A DNA stretch of 64,000 nt from an uncultured delta proteobacterium (GTDB lineage Bacteria; Desulfobacterota; RBG-13-43-22). This document shows, piece after piece, positions 1 through 9,220 of the stretch. Within the stretch, counting starts at the first letter, position 1; the number at the start of each line of letters is the position of its first letter. The DNA lies in NCBI GenBank assembly GCA_963711835.1, contig CAVQFQ010000008.1, positions 32,001 to 96,000 on the forward strand, in the 5' to 3' direction. The translations under genes and the position numbers were made by a program. Below the pieces are notes generated by a model that was not told where the DNA came from, made no database searches, and worked only from the letters and a program-made list of their open reading frames with translations.

Positions 1-1
1 A

Positions 2-121
2 TTCCAGCGGATGGCCGGGCAGGGATAAACGGACCAACCCTTTTTCGCTGCCGGCCACATAAATACGCCCCAGAATGGGGAATTCCCGGCTATCATAGTA
101 AATGGCATTAAGGCGATCCAT
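2..121 (-). CDS. 5' part of probable methylated-DNA-protein-cysteine methyltransferase (Ogt-like), runs off window start
   Basis: Manual translation from ATG at 121: MDRLNAIYYDSREFPILGRIYVAGSEKGLVRLSLPGHPLE, resembling the Ogt N-terminal domain; the catalytic PCHR motif is outside the window. Confidence 0.55.
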   Translation of the reverse strand, partial: MDRLNAIYYDSREFPILGRIYVAGSEKGLVRLSLPGHPLE

Positions 122-189
122 CCGTCCGGCCCTTATAGCCTTTTTCGTAACATTTTAGGTGTTTGAAAATTTGTCAAAGTTAATTTTTC

Positions 190-352
190 TTGGCACGGAT
201 TTCACGGATAAACACGGTTGAGTTATGAAAGGGATTGGCAACATGGCCAATCCCTTGCCTTCCGGCCTCCGGCGGCTGGATGATTTTTCCCCCTGCGGTC
301 CTTCCGCAGGGGGAAAATAAAGCGTCCGTGGAATCCGTGAAATCCGTGCCAA
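190..352. repeat. REP-like intergenic palindrome with nested hairpins
   Basis: Terminal IR ttggcacggatttcacggat / atccgtgaaatccgtgccaa; internal hairpins gggattggc/gccaatccc and ttttccccctgcgg/ccgcagggggaaaa. Confidence 0.75.
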
Positions 353-389
353 AAATTTTATAAAAAGCTAAATTGATCCCCTTTTTCTT

Positions 390-1331
390 TTACCAATTTG
401 ACCCCTGAAAGGTCCCGGTTTTGAGAAAACAGTCCCGAATCATTTTTAAGGTCTCCTGCTTTTGGACTGCCCAGTCCGGGGCCACCAGCGAAGTCGGATC
501 CGGATCTCCGGTCAGCCGCTGGATGACCCAATGGGAAGGACATTGCTGCAGGAACCGGCAGGTCCAGGCAACAAAGTCCTCCTGGCTGATAGGCTGAAAC
601 CTGCCTTCCCGGTACCAGGCCTCCAAAGGGGTCCCGCGGCTGATATACAAGGAATGGATCTTAAGACCCTGGATATCCAGATGGGACAATTTCTCGGCAG
701 TCTGCATGACTTCCTCCAGACCTTCCCCGGGCAGACCGATAATAACATGGACGCAGATATTCAAGGCTCTTTTTCTGGTCTCCTCTACAGCCCGGATAAA
801 ATCCTCAAGCAGATGCCCCCGGTTGATGCGATCCAGTGTGGCGGCCTGAAAGGACTGGAGCCCGTATTCAACCCAAACCAAGTAATCTTTTTGATAGCCG
901 GCCAGCAGATCCAGGATCTCAGGGCCGACACAATCGGGCCGGGTCCCTACAGCCAGTCCGACCACATCCTCATCGCTGAGGGCCTCAGCGTAAAGGCCTT
1001 TCAATTTTTCCAAGGGGGCATAGGTGTTTGAAAAGGACTGAAAATAGGCAATAAATTTCCTGGCCTGGACCCTGTTGAAATAAAATCCTTTCCCCCGAAG
1101 AAGTTGTTCCCGAATAGAAAGACCCCGGTTAAAAGCCCCGCTTCCGGATCCCAGGGCATCACAATAAATACATCCCCCCTGCCCCTTGGTCCCATCACGG
1201 TTGGGGCAGGTCAAACCGGCATCCAGGGAAATTTTTTGAACCCGGCATCCGAAGAGGTTCCTTAAATAGGAGGCGTAATCATTATAGGGCCTGGAGGGGC
1301 TTAAGGGTTCCTTACCCAAAACTGTTGCCAT
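390..1331 (-). CDS. TIGR01212/YhcC-family radical SAM protein
   Basis: KISLDAGLTCPNRDG...GGCIYC motif, YFQSFSNTY, GTRPDC, HVIIGLPGE. Confidence 0.9.
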   Translation of the reverse strand: MATVLGKEPLSPSRPYNDYASYLRNLFGCRVQKISLDAGLTCPNRDGTKGQGGCIYCDALGSGSGAFNRGLSIREQLLRGKGFYFNRVQARKFIAYFQSFSNTYAPLEKLKGLYAEALSDEDVVGLAVGTRPDCVGPEILDLLAGYQKDYLVWVEYGLQSFQAATLDRINRGHLLEDFIRAVEETRKRALNICVHVIIGLPGEGLEEVMQTAEKLSHLDIQGLKIHSLYISRGTPLEAWYREGRFQPISQEDFVAWTCRFLQQCPSHWVIQRLTGDPDPTSLVAPDWAVQKQETLKMIRDCFLKTGTFQGSNW

Positions 1332-1468
1332 CCCGATTCCTCAGAATATCAAGGGCTGCCAAAATTCTTTTGTCTAACAACATAGTAATTTATTTTGAAT
1401 CTTACCACAGGCTCCTTTTTTATGTTATTATTTTTTAAAATTTGTTGCTCAGAGCTGACCGCTGACTT

Positions 1469-2099
1469 TTATTTGTCTGAAGGTCCCCCTCCCCTTTCGC
1501 CCCTTTGGGCGGCCTGGGAAAGGCTTTGCTCTTCTTTGGGGGCTTTCATCACGGTTGGTTCTCTCCTTCCCTCGATCGGCCTTCCTGAATGACCGGACTG
1601 TTCAATTTGAGACGGTCTCGGTCTGGCAGGCTGGGCCTTAGGCGACTTCTGGCTCCATAGTCCTCGGTTGATAAAGGGCCCCCGGCCGGTCCGGGGGCTC
1701 TTTGATCCGGTTTCAAGGGTCTCACTTGCGGGTTGTCTCTGGGAATGACCTCGGGAGAACGAATCGGACCCGGCTGTTCCTGGGCATCTCCCTGGGTATC
1801 TCCGCTGATCCGGATCCAGGTATTATTGGGCAGGATTAGCTCGGCCCTGCCGTTTCGGTCCGAGTAGAGGGCATCCTCCAATCCAAAGGGGGCGTCTTGT
1901 ACCGTAGCCACCCAATGCCGGTTCCGACGGGACATAGCGTAAAAGCTGCCCTTCCAGATGAGCAATCCGGCCGACCAGGATGGGCTCCCGGGCCTCCGGC
2001 GCTTGGGCGCCGGAAATCCGGATCCCCGAAAAACAATACACGGAAGAGCCATTCATCCCGCGTAAAACCAATCTTTGGCAGATGGTTATGGGTATGCAT
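1469..2099 (-). pseudogene. Frameshifted, internally deleted FecR-like N-terminal domain protein
   Basis: EPILVGRIAHLEGQLLRYVPSE in one frame continues as WVATVQDAPFGLEDALYSDRNGRAELILPNNTWIRISGDTQ in another, then jumps to a Pro/Arg-rich low-complexity tail. Confidence 0.6.
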
Positions 2100-2228
2100 C
2101 CAAATATTTTCCAATCAAAAATCGTTAAAATTTTATTTCAAAGATACTAACACTACAGTTAGTTGGACAAAAGGGAAAGGAATTTGGTTAAATCGAAAAA
2201 AAGAGCTCGGGTTAATGATGGCTCGGGT

Positions 2229-3629
2229 TCAAATCTCTTCGGCGAGTTTCTTACCGCAATAGGGGCAGGCTTTCCAGGAAGGCTGAATTCTTTTGGAACA
2301 ATCCGGACATCGTTGAATCAAGGGCAAAGCACAGTTCGGGCAACAGACAAAAAAATGTTCCAGAGGATGAAGACAGGTGGGACAGCACCGGGCCCCCACC
2401 TCATAGGGGATGACCCGCATCATTTCTTCCAGGCTGACCCGCCCTTCCCTGGCCTTCCTCAATCCGCAGGAGAGCAACGTTTCCATCCCCTCCTGTACGG
2501 CCAGGTTCCTCATCTCCGTTTCGGGAGCCCGGGATAAAATGGCTTCCCGGAGAAGGGGGCTGACGGTCAACAATTCAAAAACCCCTTCCCGTCCGGCTGT
2601 CCCCTGTCCCTGACAGGCCGGGCATCCTTTTCCGGAATAAAAGGTCTCGGATTCTGAAAGATTCAAGTGATAGCGTTCCAATAAATCTGGATCAGGCCGG
2701 TATGAGGAAAGACAATGAGAACAGTTTCTTCTTACCAGTCGCTGGGACAATATGCCCAGGATGGATGAGGAAAGGAGATAAGGCTCCAAGCCCAGGTTGT
2801 TGAGACGGGTCAGGGTGGATACCGCGTCGTTGGTGTGCAGGGTGCTCAACACCAGATGGCCGGTAAAGGCGGCCCGCAAGGCGATCTGGGCCGTTTCTTC
2901 ATCCCGAATTTCTCCAACCATGATCACATCCGGGTCCTGCCGGAGAATGGAGCGCAAGGCCCCGGCAAAGGTCAGCCCCACTTTTTCGTTGACCTGGACC
3001 TGATTGATCCCTTCGAGCAGATACTCGATGGGATCCTCCACGGTAATGATATTGATCCCTTCTCGGTGGATGGCCCGGAGCAGGGAATAGAGGGTGGTGG
3101 TCTTGCCGCTGCCGGTCGGCCCCACCGTCAGGATGAGCCCCTGAGGCCTTTCGATCATGGTCGAGAGCCTTTTTAACTGCGCCGGTGGAAGGCCAAGCTG
3201 GTCCATGTTTAGAAAGGCCTGGTTCTTGTCTAAGATCCGGACGACTATTTTTTCTCCCCAGAGGGAAGGCAGGGTGGAAACCCGCAAATCAATGGACTGG
3301 CCCTGGAATTGGATCCGGAAACTGCCGTCCTGGGGGATCCTTTTCTCACTGATGTTCAGATTGCAACTGATCTTATACCGGGAGGAAAGGGATTCCAGGA
3401 CGGAACGGGGCAGCAGCGGCCCCTGGCCTAAACAGCCGTCAACCCGGAAACGGACCCGGACCTGGGATTCCTGAGGTTCGATGTGAATATCGCTGGCCCC
3501 AAGCCGCAAGGCTTCTTCAATCAGTTCCCGCTGTAGTCGAACTGCCGGAGACTGTTCCGGTTCCGAAAAGACTTTTTCCGAAAGCCCCCCTTTTTTGACC
3601 AGTCCGAGATTAGTGCGCTGGGCATTCAT
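2229..3629 (-). CDS. GspE/PilB-family secretion ATPase with C-terminal double zinc ribbon
   Basis: ASDIHIEP, Walker A GPTGSGKTTT, TVEDPIEY, LRQDPDVIMVGEIRD, TGHLVLSTLH; tail CPTC/CPNC/CPDC/CPYC. Confidence 0.92.
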   Translation of the reverse strand: MNAQRTNLGLVKKGGLSEKVFSEPEQSPAVRLQRELIEEALRLGASDIHIEPQESQVRVRFRVDGCLGQGPLLPRSVLESLSSRYKISCNLNISEKRIPQDGSFRIQFQGQSIDLRVSTLPSLWGEKIVVRILDKNQAFLNMDQLGLPPAQLKRLSTMIERPQGLILTVGPTGSGKTTTLYSLLRAIHREGINIITVEDPIEYLLEGINQVQVNEKVGLTFAGALRSILRQDPDVIMVGEIRDEETAQIALRAAFTGHLVLSTLHTNDAVSTLTRLNNLGLEPYLLSSSILGILSQRLVRRNCSHCLSSYRPDPDLLERYHLNLSESETFYSGKGCPACQGQGTAGREGVFELLTVSPLLREAILSRAPETEMRNLAVQEGMETLLSCGLRKAREGRVSLEEMMRVIPYEVGARCCPTCLHPLEHFFVCCPNCALPLIQRCPDCSKRIQPSWKACPYCGKKLAEEI

Positions 3630-3672
3630 ACCGTGATCCTTATGAGGGTATTTTCCCTACCCTAATATGGTA

Positions 3673-3688
3673 AGCAACAGGTATGCCA
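3673..3688 (-). promoter_or_regulatory. sigma-54 (-24/-12) promoter for the GspE/PilB-like gene
   Basis: Minus strand TGGCAT-ACCTG-TTGCT, correct GG/GC spacing, about 45 bp upstream of the ATG at 3629. Confidence 0.65.
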
Positions 3689-3877
3689 AGCCGGGGGTTA
3701 TCAAAAATAGGCTTATTTCCTATGTTTTTTGAGCCAAGGCCTCCTGCAGCCGAGATCCTTTGAACACATCCTTCCCAGACAATGCGGGAAGATGCTTTAT
3801 AGTCTTCCTTCTGAAACTAAAAAGTGGCCCTTCCTATTTCTCCCCACATCTGCTTTGTTTTCTTGGTACCGGTCTAG

Positions 3878-3982
3878 GACCTGGATGGGGACTGGCGCCT
3901 TTCCGGGGGCACCGTCTCCATGGGCGCCGACGAGATACCGGGGCCGGTCAACCGTCTCTTCCTGCCGGTCATCTTAAAATAA
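3878..3982 (+). pseudogene. 3' remnant of a secreted protein (choice-of-anchor Q-like end plus LFLPVILK tail)
   Basis: Translation DLDGDWRLSGGTVSMGADEIPGPVNRLFLPVILK-stop, preceded by an in-frame TAG with no start covering the motif. Confidence 0.5.
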
Positions 3983-4105
3983 TAGCCCAAGGGAATTCCT
4001 TGACTTTTTAATTCTTCTCTGGTTTAGTTTCCGGCGAATACTGGCCCCCTTTTCTCGCTGTAAACCCTTTTTTGGGAGACAGATGGAAATGACGATGCAC
4101 CCTTG

Positions 4106-4142
4106 ACCCCGCCTCTTTGAAAAGAAGCGGGGTTTTTCTTTT
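4106..4142 (+). terminator. Intrinsic terminator
   Basis: ACCCCGCCTCTTT-GA-AAAGAAGCGGGGT followed by TTTTCTTTT. Confidence 0.75.
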
Positions 4143-4685
4143 GTTGAAACCAGAAATCAAGGCGGCAATGCCCTTCAGCCGACCCTGGCGGAAAATCTAT
4201 TCCATGACATCCGCTATGCCGGACATGAGATCGGCCACAACTTTAACGGCCGGCACACCCATTGTCTGATCGATCCGGCAACAAATGATTATGTCGATAA
4301 ATGTGGGGTTGAAACGAACTGCAATCAGACCCAAGACTGCAGCACAGCACCCGGTTCGATCATGAGCTATTGCCACGATTGCCCCGGTGGAGGAAACAAT
4401 GTGTTAGAAGAATTTGACACTGTCAATATCAGCCGGATCAGGGACCATGTCAACGCCTCCTGCCTGAGACTGGCCCGTAACCCGTCCATCATTGATTGGC
4501 GCAATACCTCGGGAATCGAGGATGGGACCATATCCTATCCTTACAATACCATTAAGGAAGGCACCGAGGCCGTGCTCCCCAATGGAGCGGTGAATATTGC
4601 TAGCGGGACCTATAACGAAACGATCACCATCTGGCAACCCATGATCCTGCAGGCCACGGGTGGAATCGTCATTATTGGGCAGTGA
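4143..4685 (+). pseudogene. 5'-truncated metzincin (M12B/reprolysin-like) zinc metallopeptidase
   Basis: The frame upstream of the called ORF 4362 reads HEIGHNFNGRHTH (HExxHxxxxxH) and Met-turn GSIMSYCH; no in-frame start between TGA 4104 and the zinc motif. Confidence 0.65.
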
Positions 4686-5427
4686 ATTTTTTAACAGGAA
4701 AAGGACGGGCAAACCGGTAGAGAAATTGGGCTAATTTTTTGCGGGCCTCCAAAAACCGGGCTTCCTGAAACCCGTGGCGCCATTTCAGCCGGGAGAGGTC
4801 GTCGGAAACAACCAGCAGGGCCGCCACTTCGATGCCCCGAAAAGCCCCGACGGTATAAAGAGCCGAGGTTTCCATATCCACCCCCAGGACCCCTTCGGCC
4901 TGATAGCGTTTGACTTTGTCCACTGTCTCACGATAGGGGGCGTCGGTGGTCCAGACCGGGCCTTGTTTAAAGGGTATCCCCTCCCCTTTCAGGGCCGTTC
5001 TTAATTCCTCCGTCAAACTCAGGGAGGCCCTCGGTCTGAGATCCTTGGAATAATGACGGGAAGTCCCTTCTTCACTGACGGCCTCATCCACCAGAATCAG
5101 ATCACCCGGTTCCAGGGTCGGATCCAAGCAACCGGTCCAGCCAAAGAGAACGACCCGTTTAGCCCCAAGGACAATCAGCTTTTCCAGGACCATCACCGCC
5201 TGGGGGGCTCCCTGGAAGGGACCGGCCAGAGCCAGGAGATCCGTTCGATCATCCCAGTGGAAAATCCGCATAAAGACATTTTTATAGACCACCCTGCCCT
5301 TCTCCTGAAAAAGACGGCTGAGGCGGTTCAGGTCGGTGGGCAGCGGAATCATATAGGCCAGCGGACCGACGGAAAGTTCGGAGCGGGATTTTTTAGGATT
5401 AATTAGGCTAAGAGAGGAATCAATCAT
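4672..5427 (-). CDS. Nucleoside phosphorylase (PNP/UDP family)
   Basis: GAPQAVMVLEKLIVLG, EEGTSRHY, VWTTDAPYRET, VDMETSAL, VSDDL. Confidence 0.88.
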   Translation of the reverse strand: MIDSSLSLINPKKSRSELSVGPLAYMIPLPTDLNRLSRLFQEKGRVVYKNVFMRIFHWDDRTDLLALAGPFQGAPQAVMVLEKLIVLGAKRVVLFGWTGCLDPTLEPGDLILVDEAVSEEGTSRHYSKDLRPRASLSLTEELRTALKGEGIPFKQGPVWTTDAPYRETVDKVKRYQAEGVLGVDMETSALYTVGAFRGIEVAALLVVSDDLSRLKWRHGFQEARFLEARKKLAQFLYRFARPFPVKKFTAQ

Positions 5428-5453
5428 AACTTATTGACAGTCTCAAAAGACGA

Positions 5454-5663
5454 TCTCTCACAGAGCGCGCGGAGTCCGCAGAGATTCTATTTTTTCATTG
5501 CCGGTGAGAGGCCGGCAATGAAAAACAGTCTCGGCGCTGTAGCGCACTTATGGCCGAAGGCCTGAGGCGGTTTTTGGCTGCCGTCCTTCTCAACAGCAGC
5601 CAAAAAGAAAATTCTCTCTGCGATCTCTGTGTGCTCAAGTGACCGAAGGGAACGGGCGAGAGA
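5454..5663. repeat. REP-like multi-hairpin intergenic element
   Basis: Imperfect terminal IR (cacagag...cgcagaga / tctctgcg...ctctgtg) enclosing hairpins tttttcattgccgg/ccggcaatgaaaaa and tttttggctg/cagccaaaaa. Confidence 0.7.
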
Positions 5664-5711
5664 AAAATAATACACCCTCCAGAGGCATGGAGCAGAGAGC
5701 ATAGCGTCAAC

Positions 5712-7427
5712 CTAAATTGTATTCGATTTCGCTTTGTCAAGCAATTCTTTGGCCAAAGAAAAGGTCTTTCCCGAGGTTTGATCGCCCCCCAGCATACGAG
5801 CCAGTTCTTTGACCCGGGCTTCTCCCTGCAGAGGATGGATTTCGGTCAGGGTCCTCTTCTGGACCGTTTTCTTGGCCACCTGGTAGTGGGTTTCCGCGAA
5901 GGCGGCGATCTGAGGAAGATGGGTGATGCAAAGGATCTGATGAAAGCGAGCTAGTTTTTTCAACTTCTTTCCCACGGCCTCACCCAGGCTGCCGCCGATC
6001 CCTGAATCCACTTCGTCAAAAATCAGGGTTTCCACCGAACCTTGCTGGGAAAGCAGCCCTTTCAAGACCAGCAGGATCCTGGAAAGTTCACCGCCCGAGG
6101 CGATCCGGGCCATAGGCCGCAGTCCTTCCCCGGGATTGGGGGCAATATAAAACTCACCCTGCTCCAGTCCTTCGGGAGTCAGTCTCCGGCCATCCTGATC
6201 AAAAGGCCCCGGGGTCTTCCCCTCCGTTGGAGGAAGGGTAAAAACCACTTCAAAGCGGCACCCGGCCAGGCCCAATTCCTTCAGTTCCTCTTCAACCCCC
6301 TTGGCCAGTCTTCGGGCCGCCTTTTTACGCTGCTCGGACAGCTCCAGGGAAATTTCAACCAATCCCCGGCGTTCCTTTTCGATGGACTGCTCCAAGGCGA
6401 TTTTTTGCTGAATCGTGTCTTCGCCTTGCTGAAGATTCTGTTCTATTTCTTTCAGACAGCTCAACACGTCCGCGGTTGTGGGGCCGTATTTGGCAATCAG
6501 CCTCTGGAGGATAAGCAGCCTTTCTTCAAGCCGTTCCAGTTCCTGGGGATCAAAGGTGATCTGCTGAAGATAATCCCGCAATCCCAGATCCAGCTCTCTC
6601 AGGTGAAGCTCGGCCTGCTCCAATTCCTGCATTTGGGCGTTTAAAGCGGGATCAATCCGGCCGGCCGACTTGATCAATTCCTTGGACCGGGAGAGGGTCA
6701 TCAAGCAGGAATGCTCTTCTTCGGATAGAACCTGCTGGGCCTGATGAATTTTCTCCCAGATCCTCTCGGCCTGCTGCAGGATCTTTTTCCGCTGTAATAA
6801 TTCCTGGTCTTCTCCGGGATGCAGGCCGGCCTGACGAATTTCCTGGGCTTGAAATGTCCAGAGGTCCGTTTGGGCTTTTCGTTTTTGCTCCGTATCCAGA
6901 AGCAGGGCCAAGGATTTTACCAGGCCTTCCAGGGCCTGAAAGCGTTGGGCCGTTTCTTCCCGAAGGGGATGCAACCCCCCGAAGAGATCGAGAAGCAACA
7001 AATGATGGCCCGGATCCAGCAGGGCCTGGTGTTCATGCTGGTTGGAAATACTGAGCAGGGTTCGCCCCAGGCGCCCCAGAACGGTTTGACTGACCAGGCT
7101 CCCGTTGATCCAGGCCCGGCTCTTCCCGGCCGGTTGAATCAGACGTCGTATCAGGATCTGATCATCGGCGGGCAGGCCTAAAGACTGAAAAAACGGCTGC
7201 AGGGGATGGTCGGCCGGGATGGTAAAAAGGGCCTCCAAGGAAGCCTCGGCAGCTCCCTGGCGGATGGAATCAGGAGAAGGCTTTTCTCCCAGCAGGAGAT
7301 TGACGGCCTTGATGATGATGGACTTTCCCGCCCCTGTTTCCCCGGAAAGGATATTTAACCCTTTGGAGAAGGAAAGGGTCAGGTGGTCAATAAGGGCCAG
7401 GTTGGAGATTTGGAGCTGGTCTAACAC
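5712..7427 (-). CDS. recN: DNA repair protein RecN
   Basis: SGETGAGKS, coiled coil, IASGGELSR, IFDEVDSGIGG, CITHLPQIA. Confidence 0.96.
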   Translation of the reverse strand: MLDQLQISNLALIDHLTLSFSKGLNILSGETGAGKSIIIKAVNLLLGEKPSPDSIRQGAAEASLEALFTIPADHPLQPFFQSLGLPADDQILIRRLIQPAGKSRAWINGSLVSQTVLGRLGRTLLSISNQHEHQALLDPGHHLLLLDLFGGLHPLREETAQRFQALEGLVKSLALLLDTEQKRKAQTDLWTFQAQEIRQAGLHPGEDQELLQRKKILQQAERIWEKIHQAQQVLSEEEHSCLMTLSRSKELIKSAGRIDPALNAQMQELEQAELHLRELDLGLRDYLQQITFDPQELERLEERLLILQRLIAKYGPTTADVLSCLKEIEQNLQQGEDTIQQKIALEQSIEKERRGLVEISLELSEQRKKAARRLAKGVEEELKELGLAGCRFEVVFTLPPTEGKTPGPFDQDGRRLTPEGLEQGEFYIAPNPGEGLRPMARIASGGELSRILLVLKGLLSQQGSVETLIFDEVDSGIGGSLGEAVGKKLKKLARFHQILCITHLPQIAAFAETHYQVAKKTVQKRTLTEIHPLQGEARVKELARMLGGDQTSGKTFSLAKELLDKAKSNTI

Positions 7428-7510
7428 CGATGGGTCTCCCGCCTACTACTCCGAACGCTTTCGAAGACAACTCGCTACGCATGATCCCTTCAAAAAATGA
7501 AGGGAAAGTC

Positions 7511-7553
7511 AAAAAAAAGGCCCTCTCATTCTTTCGGATTAAAAGAGGGCCTT
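7511..7553 (-). terminator. Intrinsic terminator of csp gene
   Basis: Minus strand AAGGCCCTCT...AGAGGGCCTT followed by a T run. Confidence 0.75.
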
Positions 7554-7576
7554 CATTGTTCCGGAGGTTTTGAAAT

Positions 7577-7780
7577 TTATGCCTTCATGACATTGGTGGC
7601 TTGGGGACCTTTGGCACCTTCCTTTACTTCAAACTCAACATCCTGCCCTTGCTTGAGAGTCTTAAACCCTTCCCCCTGGATGGCCGAATAATGAACGAAG
7701 ACATCGGCACCACCCTCCTGTTCAATAAATCCGAAACCCTTGGCATCATTGAACCACTTCACCTTCCCTTTACTCATCAT
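7577..7780 (-). CDS. Cold-shock protein (CspA family)
   Basis: [25 protein letters not shown]; strong RBS AAGGAGG. Confidence 0.96.
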   Translation of the reverse strand: MMSKGKVKWFNDAKGFGFIEQEGGADVFVHYSAIQGEGFKTLKQGQDVEFEVKEGAKGPQATNVMKA

Positions 7781-8033
7781 CCCTACTCCTCCTTAAAAAT
7801 GAAAAACATTACGGATCCAGGACCCGTCAATCCAGGCAGAATAAAAAAAAGCAAAAAAGTATGTCCTCACTTTTTTGCCTTTTTAAGTTGGTTTCTTAAC
7901 TTCATGGGGGTTCCCAATGTCTTTCAAGGGTGTCCATACCATATTTTTTTTAGCCTTGTCAAGGCTTTTTCTTTCTCTTACCTAAAAACATTTCAACCAC
8001 CCCAAAACGCATCTGAGCCATAACACCCTTGGC

Positions 8034-9197
8034 TTACATCTGGATCCACCCCCCCATGGTGACGACGAAGCTGGAAAGATTTTGGGGCAGATAGGGGTTC
8101 AGGATTTCGGCCCGGCGGCTAAATTGAAAGCCGCCGCTGCGGGACAGATCCCCTTGGCTGACGATGGAGCCCAGCACCTGGCCGGAGCCTCTTTGGATAA
8201 GAGAACCGTTCGTCCAAAAAACACCGCAGAGCTCTTGGAACTGGTTTAAAATGATGTCCCGCCCGGCTATGAAAGCCGCAGTTACCCGTTGGACCTGGTC
8301 CGGAGAGGAAGACCCGTTTAAGATGATCGTACCCGTGGCCACTACGGTCAGGCCTCTCAAATCAACCCCCTGGAGGGTAACATCCCCGTCTATGAAAATG
8401 AGCCTCCCGCCCTGATCTCCTGATAAGCTCAGTTGCTGCGGGCCTGTTAAATAACCCTGGCCCGGCCTCTGGGACAGGGAACGCCATTCCTGAAAATCCC
8501 TTTCCAAAATTCGGGGCACGGCCACCTCGGCCTGATAATCGGTCCGGTTCGGATCAGAAGATTGGCTGAGGCTGTAATTCCAGGCCTTCAAATCGTCGAT
8601 GACCGAAGCCGGTTCGATTCTATAACCCCGATTGGCATGCAGGTTACTCCGGATATCGCCCCCGCCACTGAGCCGAAACTCACCGGCCGTAACGATCCCC
8701 TGTTTAAAAATGGAAGGGACATCTAAGGAACCTGCCGGGTCATTGCCGTAAAGGGTGGCCCGAATATGGGTCAGGGCCTGGTGAATGGGTTCCTTTCCGC
8801 AAAGCAGTATTTCGGCATAGGCCGGAAAAGGCTGGGGATCGTAGCGAAGGGCTTTGATCCAAAATTTATGCCGCCCCACATTGGCTGCAGCCGGTTCGGC
8901 ATCAGGTAAATTCATTTCAGCCGCCGACTTTTTCCATAAAAAGAGCCGGGGATCTGAGCGATAAGCAGACAGCAATTGCTGCAGGCCGGCTTCGGCGCTG
9001 TAGAAGGCCTTTAGACTTTGACGGTAATTGCTGCCGATCTGCAGCTCCGTGGTCGAGGTGATAAAGGCCGTGGTGCCCAGGAGGGTAATGACCAGCATGG
9101 TCAGTAACACCCCCACCAGGGCCGCCCCCCTTGATTCGGCCGCCGGGGCGGTTCTCAACCTGTTGCCCACCCTCCTCTGGTTGAAGGCGCTCGGCAT
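8034..9197 (-). CDS. pilX: PilX-like minor pilin / pilus assembly protein
   Basis: RGAALVGVLLTML (no Glu5), AFYSAEAGL; RBS AAAGGAGG before ATG at 9197. Confidence 0.75.
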   Translation of the reverse strand: MPSAFNQRRVGNRLRTAPAAESRGAALVGVLLTMLVITLLGTTAFITSTTELQIGSNYRQSLKAFYSAEAGLQQLLSAYRSDPRLFLWKKSAAEMNLPDAEPAAANVGRHKFWIKALRYDPQPFPAYAEILLCGKEPIHQALTHIRATLYGNDPAGSLDVPSIFKQGIVTAGEFRLSGGGDIRSNLHANRGYRIEPASVIDDLKAWNYSLSQSSDPNRTDYQAEVAVPRILERDFQEWRSLSQRPGQGYLTGPQQLSLSGDQGGRLIFIDGDVTLQGVDLRGLTVVATGTIILNGSSSPDQVQRVTAAFIAGRDIILNQFQELCGVFWTNGSLIQRGSGQVLGSIVSQGDLSRSGGFQFSRRAEILNPYLPQNLSSFVVTMGGWIQM

Positions 9198-9220
9198 ATT
9201 TTTACCTCCTTTCGGTCTGC

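Noticed and set aside
190-207. sigma-54 promoter TGGCACGGATTTCAC
   Set aside because: Lacks the -12 GC and is an arm of the palindromic repeat
4083-4685. Selenocysteine readthrough of TGA 4104 joining MEMTMHP to the peptidase frame
   Set aside because: The hairpin loop is only about 12 nt from the UGA and is followed by a T tract, so it fits a terminator; the joined N-terminus has no signal peptide and no Cys-equivalent context
5487-5740. Short ORFs over the palindromic element (also 155-352 and 33545-33867)
   Set aside because: They coincide with REP-like palindromes and show no protein motifs
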